A stretch of DNA of 64,000 nucleotides from Escherichia phage RCS47. Within the stretch, counting starts at the first letter, position 1. Each line of letters starts with the position of its first letter. The stretch lies in the sequence record NC_042128.1; one strand, written 5' to 3'. Below, piece after piece: positions 18,066-27,676 of this stretch. Position numbers and translations under genes: made by a program. The notes below the pieces were generated by a model. That model was not told the DNA's origin and made no database searches. It worked only from the letters and a program-made list of their open reading frames with translations.

Positions 18066-18677
18066 TCAAAGAGAAAAACTAAAGCCCAGAAGGGAAGCTA
18101 AAGAACTTGAGGATTGGTTAAACGTGCTGTGCAATGCGAAGGTCATTGGGAATGACTTAAATTCCGTAACCTGATCCCGCGCATAGGTGACATCGCCGGT
18201 AGTGACCGGGAATACCGTCATCTCATTTTCCAGTTTGGTTAAACCGGAGGACAGCAACCGATAAATACGCACATTGAGCAAATATTTAGACGGTATATTC
18301 CCGGTACCGTCCGGATTGATCACCCGACCTTTTGCCGTCTTAAACCAGTCCAAAACGAGGCCATCAACGGTATCCCTGACCATCATTGTTATCTGCCCAG
18401 GAGAACGCTCCGTTGGCTGAAGGATATTCCCTCCGCCGATTTTAATCGTTTCATATTCGATGCTGTAATCGTGGTAGGTAATGTCTTTGGCAAAGAAGTC
18501 TGCCCCCTCCAGTCCATCAACTTCGACAGAGAACTGCCATCCTTGCGCGAACAGCATTTTGTTCATGATGATTGACGTCAGCTTACCAACTTCCCGCTCA
18601 CCAACGCCGGAGCCAAATAATGTCGTCGTTAATGCCGAAGATACATAAGACTTTACTGAAGCAACATTAAGCCCCAT
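18066..18677 (-). CDS. putative tail tube protein (positional)
   Basis: 203 aa structural ORF in tail operon. Confidence 0.35.
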   Translation of the reverse strand: MGLNVASVKSYVSSALTTTLFGSGVGEREVGKLTSIIMNKMLFAQGWQFSVEVDGLEGADFFAKDITYHDYSIEYETIKIGGGNILQPTERSPGQITMMVRDTVDGLVLDWFKTAKGRVINPDGTGNIPSKYLLNVRIYRLLSSGLTKLENEMTVFPVTTGDVTYARDQVTEFKSFPMTFALHSTFNQSSSSLASLLGFSFSL

Positions 18678-18689
18678 ATCAGCCCCCCC

Positions 18690-19280
<591 letters not shown>

Positions 19281-19336
19281 TTAACAGATTCTACGAGTTG
19301 TCATTTGTGACAGTATGCTCGCAATCGTAGTGATTA

Positions 19337-19876
19337 CTACCACCAACTGCTAGCTTTCTTCTCTCTAGCTTTTCCTTCGCTTTGCAGTAAATCTTTACTT
19401 CCTGTAGAAATATTTCTATTTGCATCAGCCTCAGACTGAATTACATCTGTCTTAGCTGCTCTCTCCTTCAACTCCTGCTCTATAAAATCGTTTTCTCGCT
19501 GGACACGAGCCGCTTTTGCTTGCAGTTCGAGTTTCATGCTTTCGAGTTGCAGCTTGCGAAGCTCATCCTCATAAGCTTGATCTCGCTTCTTGTCATTTGC
19601 TAGCTCGGCTTCTCGTTTTGCTCTACGTTCATTTTCTGCAGCAACACGCTGTTTTTCGCGTGCAGCAGCGGCAGATGCTGCTTTTTCTCTTCTAATACGT
19701 TCAGCTTGTGCTTGTTGGCGAATAAGTTCTTTTCTGGCATCCTCAGCTTGCTGCTCTTTAGCTCGCCCTTCATTTTCCGCTTGAGCAATAGCAGCAATTT
19801 GACTTTGCAACGAGTTAGCCAAGGCAGTGCCTACACTAAACGTAGAAAAGATTAGAAATAAAATAATTTTATTCAT
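19337..19876 (-). CDS. secreted coiled-coil protein (signal peptide; TolA-like Ala/Glu/Arg/Lys-rich repeats)
   Basis: 179 aa; N-terminal signal sequence MNKIILFLIFSTFSVGTALA; AT-rich codon usage. Confidence 0.5.
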   Translation of the reverse strand: MNKIILFLIFSTFSVGTALANSLQSQIAAIAQAENEGRAKEQQAEDARKELIRQQAQAERIRREKAASAAAAREKQRVAAENERRAKREAELANDKKRDQAYEDELRKLQLESMKLELQAKAARVQRENDFIEQELKERAAKTDVIQSEADANRNISTGSKDLLQSEGKAREKKASSWW

Positions 19877-19879
19877 AAA

Positions 19880-20401
19880 TTATTTCTTTTCTGGACAAGT
19901 AGCATTTGGCTGAATTCGAGTTTCATTATCTTTAGTTGAAATAAGCACAGCAAGCCCCGTTGTAAACTGGCATGCTTTACCAACTTGAGTTGAAGTGAAC
20001 ACCTTAGTTCCTTCTTTATAAGTCAGTGAAACACCTTCAACAATTGTTTTATCACTAACCAAAGAACCAGCCGCTGCACCAAGAGCCGCACCACCAGTAC
20101 CGCCAGCTACAGCACCCAGTGTCGATGTGCCTTTAACATTATAACCGGCAACGCCCCCAGCAACAGCTCCCAGTACCGCACCAAATGTCTGTGCCGCTTC
20201 TTTATTAGCTTTATTATCAACTTTCACTTTAGCTGGAAGCACAGAGATAATATTGACTGTCTTTGTTTCCTGCTTCGAATTCAATTGAGCGGTATCATAA
20301 ACATCGGCAGCATAATCAGCACCGCTAGATTGACACCCAGAAAGAAGAATTGCAGATACAACAAGAGCGCATAAAGTATACTTTTTAGACATAAGAATCA
20401 T
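19880..20401 (-). CDS. lipoprotein with glycine-zipper domain
   Basis: 173 aa; lipobox LLSGC; Gly/Ala-rich GxxxG repeats (AVAGGVAG...AVAGGTGGAALGAAAG). Confidence 0.55.
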   Translation of the reverse strand: MILMSKKYTLCALVVSAILLSGCQSSGADYAADVYDTAQLNSKQETKTVNIISVLPAKVKVDNKANKEAAQTFGAVLGAVAGGVAGYNVKGTSTLGAVAGGTGGAALGAAAGSLVSDKTIVEGVSLTYKEGTKVFTSTQVGKACQFTTGLAVLISTKDNETRIQPNATCPEKK

Positions 20402-20682
20402 CCAAGAAAAACAAAAACCGGCGAGAAGTTACCACGAGAACGGAAAGTAAACAAGAATACTCCCATTGACTTATATCAATTAATCAACTTTTTATAAGCA
20501 ACCCCTAACTTATTGTGTATAGCTGAAAAGTCAGAGACAAGTTCACCATCTGCATTATTTCTTAAGTTAATAGTTTATTGCTAACTTAATTTATGTATCG
20601 ACTATTGATATCCATCTTAAAGTAACAATATCCCTCTGCATTATTTTTCATCACAAATAATACTTCTATTGCACGACACTCA

Positions 20683-20699
20683 TCTGCTCTAATAAATTT
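20683..20699 (+). promoter_or_regulatory. C1-repressor operator-like 17-mer (15/17 to recalled consensus ATTGCTCTAATAAATTT)
   Basis: tctgctctaataaattt upstream of the ImmI-like region. Confidence 0.45.
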
Positions 20700-21013
20700 G
20701 TATTTTTAAGTCGTGAATGCTATCTTTTCGCATCATATTGACCTTTTAATCGTTCAGGCTTATAGTTTCGCCGTCGTAGCAAATTCTGCGACCGGGTTTA
20801 GCAGCCTGAATGATTGTGCGGACAGCCGCAGATATCCGATATTGCGGTATTTTTGTGTCCGTAAAACCGCGTTACGCCCAAATTATGGTGGGGCGTGATG
20901 GGGAGGCTTCGGCCTGCTGGTTTCACAATCGCCAGTCTGCTAACCCCGTCACGTCCTGCCACCTGTTTAGCAGCGGGTAGCAGGTTGTTAAACCTGATTG
21001 TGAGGCCGTAACT

Positions 21014-21235
21014 ATGGTTAATGCCAATCCTTGCGCACGCCAAGAATTCATCTGGCGTTTCTATTCCTGTAAAAAACACCACTATCACTTCGTTATCGCA
21101 GCAACAGAAGACGAAGCACGCTCTCAATTGCCTGATGGCCCCTGCATTTTTACTGCCCGTTTTTCAACTAACTCGCGCAATTCACTTAGTTACTGGAGCC
21201 TCCCCTTCTCTGCCGACGTTCAGGGGGGTTTATGA
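21014..21235 (+). CDS. icd: Icd-like small protein translationally coupled to ant
   Basis: 73-aa ORF whose stop overlaps the ant start (ATGA). Confidence 0.45.
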   Translation: MVNANPCARQEFIWRFYSCKKHHYHFVIAATEDEARSQLPDGPCIFTARFSTNSRNSLSYWSLPFSADVQGGL

Positions 21236-22266
21236 AAACACCTCTCGTCACCCGTAATGAAATAGCCGAAGCGATCGCCTTGCATACAATCTGTATGCCG
21301 ACACGGGAGATCCCCGGCGCAATTGCCAACTATTTCATGATAACCAGGCGTTTTTATACCCGAACAGATAAGGCTGTGATCAACAGGCTACTGATAGCCG
21401 AGATCAGGGATTATTTGATTGAACAAGGACGTCTACGTTACGCAACAGTGGCAGCAGAAATGAGAAAGGAGGCACATAGAATGACCGGTAATAATTTAAA
21501 TGTTGAAAAACCAGCACCTGTTGCTTCAGCTACGCCAGCACCAGCCCTGAATGTCATCCCCAACACCGGAGACACAATCGACAGCCAAACATTGTTGAAG
21601 ATGGTCAATGAGGCACGGAAATTATGTAGCGAAAAACCAGTTCGCAACAATGATTTCATTGCCAGAGTTAAGGATGAGCTTGAAGGAGAAACCTACGAAA
21701 TTTTCGTAGGTCAAAAAAACGGCGCAGAAATAGATATTATAACCATGACCTACAAACAAGCCCTGCGAGTTGCCGCGCGCGAGTCAAAAGCGGTCCGCCG
21801 TTCGCTGATCGACAAACTGGAAGAATTACAGCAGGCAAACTCCCCTACCCCATCGATCCCCCAGACATTACCAGAAGCCCTACGCCTGGCTGCCGAGTTA
21901 GCAGAACAGAAAATGCAGTTGGAACAACAGCTGGTGGCCGCAGCCCCTAAAGTCGATTTTGCCGACCGGGTATCAGTGGCCAATGGAATCCTGATCGGGA
22001 ACTTTGCAAAGGTCGTTGGACTTAAGCAAAACGCCCTTTTCTCATGGTTGCGCCAGAATGGCATTCTCATGGCTTTTGGAGCGCGCAAAAACGTACCGCG
22101 CCAACAGTACATCAACGCCGGGTATTTCACGTTGAAAGAAGTGGTGCTGGATGATGAAAATGGCTACCAGATACGGCTGACGCCCCAATTAACGGGTAAA
22201 GGCCAGCAGTGGTTAACTCGCAAGCTACTTGATGCTGGTTTGTTAAAACCAGTAGCAATAGGTTAA
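21232..22266 (+). CDS. ant: antirepressor (Ant) with C-terminal KilA-C domain
   Basis: 344 aa; C-terminal ~130 aa homologous to the C-terminus of the KilA-like protein at 22430-23230; in-frame internal Met (MTGNN...) compatible with Ant1/Ant2. Confidence 0.65.
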   Translation: MKTPLVTRNEIAEAIALHTICMPTREIPGAIANYFMITRRFYTRTDKAVINRLLIAEIRDYLIEQGRLRYATVAAEMRKEAHRMTGNNLNVEKPAPVASATPAPALNVIPNTGDTIDSQTLLKMVNEARKLCSEKPVRNNDFIARVKDELEGETYEIFVGQKNGAEIDIITMTYKQALRVAARESKAVRRSLIDKLEELQQANSPTPSIPQTLPEALRLAAELAEQKMQLEQQLVAAAPKVDFADRVSVANGILIGNFAKVVGLKQNALFSWLRQNGILMAFGARKNVPRQQYINAGYFTLKEVVLDDENGYQIRLTPQLTGKGQQWLTRKLLDAGLLKPVAIG

Positions 22267-22277
22267 CAAAAGAAAAA

Positions 22278-22303
22278 ACCTGCCAGCAAACTGGCAGGTT
22301 TCT
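22278..22303 (+). terminator. rho-independent terminator after ant
   Basis: hairpin aacctgccag-caaa-ctggcaggtt followed by tct. Confidence 0.5.
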
Positions 22304-22343
22304 GAGCAGATCGACCAACCCGATCTGGATCGAGTCAGAAAAA

Positions 22344-22360
22344 TTTGCTCTAATAAATTT
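22344..22360 (+). promoter_or_regulatory. C1 operator-like 17-mer (16/17) upstream of kilA
   Basis: tttgctctaataaattt. Confidence 0.5.
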
Positions 22361-22429
22361 CGTTTTCTAAGTGCAAAGAATCACCATTTCGAGCTGGTGA
22401 TTGAAGGTTGATGCAAATTTGGAGAAAAA

Positions 22430-23230
22430 ATGCAACAAACATTCAATGCGGATATGAATATATCAAACCTTCATCAAAATGTCGATCCTTCAACCACTCT
22501 GCCCGTTATTTGTGGTGTTGAAATTACGACCGACCGCGCTGGCCGTTACAACCTTAATGCTCTACACAGAGCGAGCGGACTCGGTGCCCATAAAGCGCCA
22601 GCTCAATGGCTAAGAACGCTGTCAGCTAAACAGCTCATCGAAGAGCTTGAAAAAGAAACTATGCAGAATTGCATAGTTTCGTTCGAAGGCCGTGGCGGCG
22701 GCACTTTTGCCCATGAATTGCTCGCAGTGGAGTACGCTGGTTGGATTTCTCCCGCGTTTCGGCTGAAGGTAAACCAGACATTTATCGACTATCGAGCCGG
22801 AAGATTACAACCTGCTATTCCGCAGAGTCTCCCTGAAGCTCTCCGTTTGGCTGCCGACCTGGCAGAGCAAAAGCAACGGCTGGAACAAAAAATGCTTATG
22901 GATGCACCTAAAGTCGAATTCGCCGAACGCGTTGCTACCGCCAGCGGGGTTCTAATCGGCAACTATGCCAAAGTGCTCGGTCTGGGCCAAAACTATCTCT
23001 TCACCTGGTTGCGTGATAACGGAATTCTGATCGCAACCGGTGAACGCAGGAACGTCCCCAAACAAGAATACATATCCCGTGGGTATTTCACCCTTAAAGA
23101 AACCGTGATCGATACAAGCAATGGAAGCAGGATTTCTTTCACGACTCGTATAACCGGCAAAGGTCAGCAGTGGCTGATGAAGCGATTGCTTGATACTGGT
23201 GTGCTGGTACCTGTCGCGGCAACGCGCTAA
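22430..23230 (+). CDS. kilA: KilA (KilA-N DNA-binding domain + KilA-C domain)
   Basis: 266 aa; two-domain architecture; C-terminal domain paralogous to Ant C-terminus. Confidence 0.65.
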   Translation: MQQTFNADMNISNLHQNVDPSTTLPVICGVEITTDRAGRYNLNALHRASGLGAHKAPAQWLRTLSAKQLIEELEKETMQNCIVSFEGRGGGTFAHELLAVEYAGWISPAFRLKVNQTFIDYRAGRLQPAIPQSLPEALRLAADLAEQKQRLEQKMLMDAPKVEFAERVATASGVLIGNYAKVLGLGQNYLFTWLRDNGILIATGERRNVPKQEYISRGYFTLKETVIDTSNGSRISFTTRITGKGQQWLMKRLLDTGVLVPVAATR

Positions 23231-23259
23231 CAGACGTAGTAAGAACCACCAGCATTGTA

Positions 23260-24105
23260 ATGCTGGCTAAAGTCACTTTCCTGAGCTGTATAACGATGAG
23301 CGATTTTACTTTTTCTGGCTATGAATTGGCCTGCTTTGTAACACACTCCGGTCTATCCCGTAGCGCCGGGCATATCCTGTCGCAATGTGCAAATCTCGCG
23401 GCAACAACCAGTGAATACTTCATTCACAAGCCTCACCGCCTGATCGCGGCAGAAACTGGTTATAGCCAATCAACCGTCGTTCGTGCATTCCGTGAAGCTG
23501 TAAACAAAGGAATCCTGTCTGTAGAGATTGTTATCGGCGATCACCGTGAACGTCGCGCTAACCTGTACCGGTTTACACCATCCTTTTTGGCCTTCGCACA
23601 ACAAGCCAAAAATGCGCTGATTGAAAGCAAATTAAAGATCTCTTCAGCGGCAACCAAGGTTAAAGCTGTTCTCGCTAAGACATTGGCTTTATTTAATTTT
23701 TTATCCACATCCCCATGTCAAAATGATACCCCCTCCCCCTGTCAGGATGACGTGGCAATAAAGAATAAGAAGTCACAAGTTAAAAAAACAAAAAGATCAG
23801 TTTCCGACGGTGCCGGAACGTCCAGACTCAAAAAATTGACTTCGTGGATCGCTGAGGCAAAAGCAAAAGCTGACAATCTGCGGTTATCCAAAAAACGCGC
23901 TCAAAAACATGAGTTCAAGCAGAAAGTAGAGGCGGCAGCGCGGAAATATGCTTACCTGAAGAACAAGCGTTCTCCTGATATTGGCGGGATATCAAACTTC
24001 GATAATCTGCCGCATTGCATGACGGTAAACGAAGCTCTTAATGCGGTTTTAGCCAAAAATAAAGATAACGAACAATGGGGTATACCGGCAGGATTCAGAG
24101 GGTGA
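23260..24105 (+). CDS. repL: RepL-like lytic replication initiator
   Basis: 281 aa, immediately downstream of kilA in one operon. Confidence 0.5.
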   Translation: MLAKVTFLSCITMSDFTFSGYELACFVTHSGLSRSAGHILSQCANLAATTSEYFIHKPHRLIAAETGYSQSTVVRAFREAVNKGILSVEIVIGDHRERRANLYRFTPSFLAFAQQAKNALIESKLKISSAATKVKAVLAKTLALFNFLSTSPCQNDTPSPCQDDVAIKNKKSQVKKTKRSVSDGAGTSRLKKLTSWIAEAKAKADNLRLSKKRAQKHEFKQKVEAAARKYAYLKNKRSPDIGGISNFDNLPHCMTVNEALNAVLAKNKDNEQWGIPAGFRG

Positions 24106-24109
24106 TAGA

Positions 24110-24120
24110 TTGCTCTAATC
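24110..24120 (+). promoter_or_regulatory. truncated C1 operator-like motif (attgctctaat) abutting the IS left end
   Basis: first 11 nt of the 17-mer; the remainder is replaced by IS sequence. Confidence 0.3.
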
Positions 24121-25560
24121 TGGAGTCACCTGGCGTTTTCAGCGAAAAACCGCCGAGAACCCTCGCCCAATGCGGGCGGGGAGGAAAGGCGGAAAAGCCC
24201 GAAGGGCTTTAAAAATATTATTACGGTGTTAGCATAAAAACCTGTACCAATGAGCGGTGACTATGTTAAGAGCAACAAAAGTACGCATCTACCCGACACC
24301 AGAACAGGCTGAATTTATCAACGCCCAGTTCGGTGCAGTGCGTTTTGTGTACAACAAAGCTCTGCATATCAAGAAACATTCTTACCAGCGGCACCGCGTA
24401 AATTTAAACCCGCGTAAAGACCTCAAACCACTGCTTGCAGTGGCGAAGAAATCCCGCCGGTATGGATGGCTTAAAGAATATGATTCTATTGCGTTGCAGC
24501 AGGCGGTAATTAACCTCGACGTGGCTTTTTCTAACTTTTTCAATCCGAAACTGAAAGCAGGTAAACCTACCTTTAAAAGTAAACACGGCAGACAATCTAG
24601 CTATCATTGTGTTGGCATAAAAGTCCTTGATGGTGCGATAAAAATACCGAAAATCTTGCCGATTGAAGCGCGTTTACATCGTGAAATTACGGGAATGCTG
24701 AAAAGTATCACGTTGAGCCGCAGCGCAACCGGGAAATACTACGCGTCGTTACTCTGTGACGACGGGATGGAAGCGCCGGCAAAGCCCGCACTGATATCAA
24801 ATGTGACAGGGCTGGATATGGGGCTGGCGCATTTTGTCATCAAATCGGACGGCAATAAAATTGCCAGTCCCCGCCACCTAATCAATGCAAGTCGCAACCT
24901 GCGCCGGAAGCAGAAAGCACTGTCCCGTAAGAAAAAAGGGAGCGCAAACAGGCGCAAAGCCAGAATACAACTTGCAGCCGTTCACGAACGGGTAGCCAGT
25001 GCCCGTGCCGATTTCCAGCACAAGTTATCTCGCGCAATTGTTGACGAAAACCAAGCGGTAATTGTCGAAACATTGAAAACGGCAAATATGATGAAAAATC
25101 ACCATCTGGCTCGTGCGATAGGCGATGCTGGATGGTCTGGATTCATCACAAAACTGGAATACAAAGCAACAGAGAAAGGTGTGCATCTGGTGAAACTGGA
25201 TCAATGGTTCGCCAGTTCGAAAACCTGCCACTGCTGCGGTCACAAAATGTCGGAGATGCCATTACATAAGCGCATCTGGCAGTGTCCAGAGTGTGGAGTT
25301 GAACATGACCGCGATATCAATGCGGCGCTCAACATCAAACGCAAGGGCATACTGGAATTACAAGCGGCGGGACTCGTCGTTTCTGCCCATGGAGGCCAGC
25401 GTAAATCCGTCACACAGACGGTTGCGGCTTAAGAAGTGGGAAGCCTCGCCCGACAGGGCGGGGAGCAGTCACTATGGATTTTCTTTGGCGCGGTCTGGCC
25501 ATTAGGGGTCATGTTTGCTGCAACGTTTCTTCTGATGTGGATATTCACCCTTCCAGGTGA
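24121..25560 (+). mobile_element. IS200/IS605-family element encoding only TnpB (right boundary uncertain, between ~25470 and ~25770)
   Basis: tnpB flanked by GC-rich subterminal hairpins (ctcgccc..gggcgggg motif on both sides); no tnpA ORF. Confidence 0.7.
24263..25432 (+). CDS. tnpB: TnpB (RNA-guided RuvC-like nuclease of IS200/IS605 family)
   Basis: ~389 aa; N-terminal ...ATKVRIYPTPEQ..., C-terminal zinc finger CHCCGH...CPECG and ...DRDINAALNI; start taken at ATG 24263. Confidence 0.85.
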   Translation: MLRATKVRIYPTPEQAEFINAQFGAVRFVYNKALHIKKHSYQRHRVNLNPRKDLKPLLAVAKKSRRYGWLKEYDSIALQQAVINLDVAFSNFFNPKLKAGKPTFKSKHGRQSSYHCVGIKVLDGAIKIPKILPIEARLHREITGMLKSITLSRSATGKYYASLLCDDGMEAPAKPALISNVTGLDMGLAHFVIKSDGNKIASPRHLINASRNLRRKQKALSRKKKGSANRRKARIQLAAVHERVASARADFQHKLSRAIVDENQAVIVETLKTANMMKNHHLARAIGDAGWSGFITKLEYKATEKGVHLVKLDQWFASSKTCHCCGHKMSEMPLHKRIWQCPECGVEHDRDINAALNIKRKGILELQAAGLVVSAHGGQRKSVTQTVAA

Positions 25561-25770
25561 TTTCTATAGAAAAAAAGCCAGACATTGATACACCCGCTGC
25601 GGTGTGCTTGAGGCTATCTGCTTCAGGCATTCCCCGAAAAGCAGATAGAAGAAAGCCCCAGTAAACATTATGCGTCCCGCACAACGCTTAACATTAACCG
25701 GGGCCATACCTATGCTTAGCGTGCTTAGATTAATCCTCTCCTCTGTCAAGGAGCAAGGAATTTTTTACTG

Positions 25771-26367
25771 CTATGCCGCCTTTCCAGTTATGGATTCAGC
25801 GACCAGAACAACCCCATGCTTACTTCGATCTGGGTGTTCACTCCATATCTCGGATTCAGGAATACTTACCCCGTCATAGCAAACACGTTCGCCGTCAAAC
25901 GGGTAATACTGAGCGGCATCGGTGTCGAGGATAAACACTTTTAGCTCGGAAGAGCGACGGGCGATATGTTGCCAAAGAGCTTTTCCACCTTCGTATTGCT
26001 CATTATCACTGAGCAAAACAACACCAGCTTTTGAGGCTACGGTTTCGTAAACAAAAGTAGCTAAACCGACATCCCGGACAGTTCCATCAACCACGATACC
26101 TTCAATCTGGGCAACATCGCTATCCTCCCAGAACTTCCTTACCAGTACGCCTTCAAGCTGCGGGCGACGTTGAAGTTCAAGAGTAGCGACAACCTTATGC
26201 CGCATATCACCATCGATAACAGAAGGCGCAGCCTCTATTACAGCTGCAAATGGGGTTTTGGAATCCCATATAACCTGGTAAAGCACACCCTGGATGGTAA
26301 CTCCGTCCAGGATCGAAAATCGACGAGCGACAGTACCCGGGGAGTACGACATTGGAATCACAGCCAT
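25771..26367 (-). CDS. hypothetical protein (pmgF-like by position)
   Basis: 198 aa from internal Met with AAGGGGGA RBS. Confidence 0.4.
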   Translation of the reverse strand: MAVIPMSYSPGTVARRFSILDGVTIQGVLYQVIWDSKTPFAAVIEAAPSVIDGDMRHKVVATLELQRRPQLEGVLVRKFWEDSDVAQIEGIVVDGTVRDVGLATFVYETVASKAGVVLLSDNEQYEGGKALWQHIARRSSELKVFILDTDAAQYYPFDGERVCYDGVSIPESEIWSEHPDRSKHGVVLVAESITGKAA

Positions 26368-26489
26368 TTTAGAGTCCCCCTTTAACAGTACAGGCACAAA
26401 CATCTACCTCAATAATTGTAGTTTATTAGAACATTAATAATCTAACATAAAACTCCAGACAATGTTATCGATGCATTTTTATATAAAAT

Positions 26490-26520
26490 AGTTATAAAAA
26501 AAGCTCCCGAAGGAGCTTTA
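26490..26520 (-). terminator. rho-independent terminator of the sheath/capsid operon
   Basis: hairpin aaagctcc-cgaa-ggagcttt followed by a T-run on the - strand. Confidence 0.55.
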
Positions 26521-26538
26521 AAATACAAGGGATGACTC

Positions 26539-27048
26539 TTAATCCCACTCAATCCAGTTGTAGACGATACGAAGTGACGGGCGCACAGCGGCAGTCACAT
26601 CTTCGGTACTAAAGTCGATTGCATCACTGTAGATTTTGCAGTCCAACATTTCAATTGTTGTAGCAGCTTTTGTCACAGCGTTAACCCCGGAAGATTTGGA
26701 TTCAGGGGTAGCAGCCATCGTGATATCAACATAGTCCTTCGCCGCAATGCGATCCTTAATGAACTGAAGAATATCGCCTTCGATAGTCTCCACGCACTGG
26801 ACCTGGATTTCCCCAGAGTTTCGAATTGGTCCGTGCTGGTTGAACTTCACACCATTCGGACCATAGTCCTCCACATCCTCGCGAGTCATTTCAGGGATTT
26901 GCGACGTACGAACAAGTACACTGATATCTTCATAGCCTGCAAAAGTGAGCTGGAATTCAGAAGATACCAGTCGTTCGCCTTTGGCCGCGTTGGCAGTATA
27001 GCGGCCCTTAATAAATTTACGGTTTCCCTTAGTGTTATTGTGCCCCAT
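26539..27048 (-). CDS. tail tube-like / baseplate tube-family protein
   Basis: 169 aa; size and C-terminal pattern (...YNWIEWD) resemble T4 gp19-type tube proteins; weak. Confidence 0.35.
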   Translation of the reverse strand: MGHNNTKGNRKFIKGRYTANAAKGERLVSSEFQLTFAGYEDISVLVRTSQIPEMTREDVEDYGPNGVKFNQHGPIRNSGEIQVQCVETIEGDILQFIKDRIAAKDYVDITMAATPESKSSGVNAVTKAATTIEMLDCKIYSDAIDFSTEDVTAAVRPSLRIVYNWIEWD

Positions 27049-27059
27049 ATAAAATCCTT

Positions 27060-27641
27060 TTACTGGAACGCCCGAACAATATCGGAGCTGTTATATATCG
27101 AAGAACCGGTCAACTGGAGGTTGACGGTGTTTTTCAGGAAATATCCATTACTGTCCCTTGGCGCATCGAGATCAAAACTTAAGTCCTGGATAGCGACATC
27201 GGTGATGTTGATCCGGCGACCAATGTTTAGCGTCACACGTTCCGGGATTCGACCACCAACATTGGCCGCTTTTAGTTCCGGGCTAATCATGGCTGTCAAC
27301 GCGGCGATAGCGCCTGAAACTTCAATGAATGGATTGTTCAAAGCAATGAAAGTTACGGGCAGCGTGAACGTCGGCGGTGTCCCCCCTTCCCAAACCATTA
27401 AGCTGTTCCAACGGGCAACCGACGTTGTTTCAGTACCTACTTGCACAAACCCCCCCAGAGCGCCAGAAACAGACCCCATGGACATACCAGTAAACGGTGC
27501 TTCCCAATTCTGGGCCATGTTCATTGCCGCCCCCTGGCTGATATATCCGGTAACCTGGTACTGAGAGTTCGTTAAAGTAACTTTCAGAAATGGCGATACA
27601 CCATCAGCCTGGCTGTAAACCCCATAAGGTATAGGTGCCAT
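27060..27641 (-). CDS. structural protein (tail/baseplate operon)
   Basis: 193-aa ORF. Confidence 0.4.
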   Translation of the reverse strand: MAPIPYGVYSQADGVSPFLKVTLTNSQYQVTGYISQGAAMNMAQNWEAPFTGMSMGSVSGALGGFVQVGTETTSVARWNSLMVWEGGTPPTFTLPVTFIALNNPFIEVSGAIAALTAMISPELKAANVGGRIPERVTLNIGRRINITDVAIQDLSFDLDAPRDSNGYFLKNTVNLQLTGSSIYNSSDIVRAFQ

Positions 27642-27676
27642 TCAAGTTAAAGGCCGGAGTTCTCCGGCCTCCTCCT

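Noticed and set aside
20713-21127. ORFs of 61 and 109 aa in the putative immunity-RNA region
   Set aside because: No RBS or conservation signal; the region is better explained as promoter and antisense-RNA sequence.
24404-25243. Short - strand ORFs inside tnpB
   Set aside because: Antisense to a well-supported TnpB ORF; no RBS.
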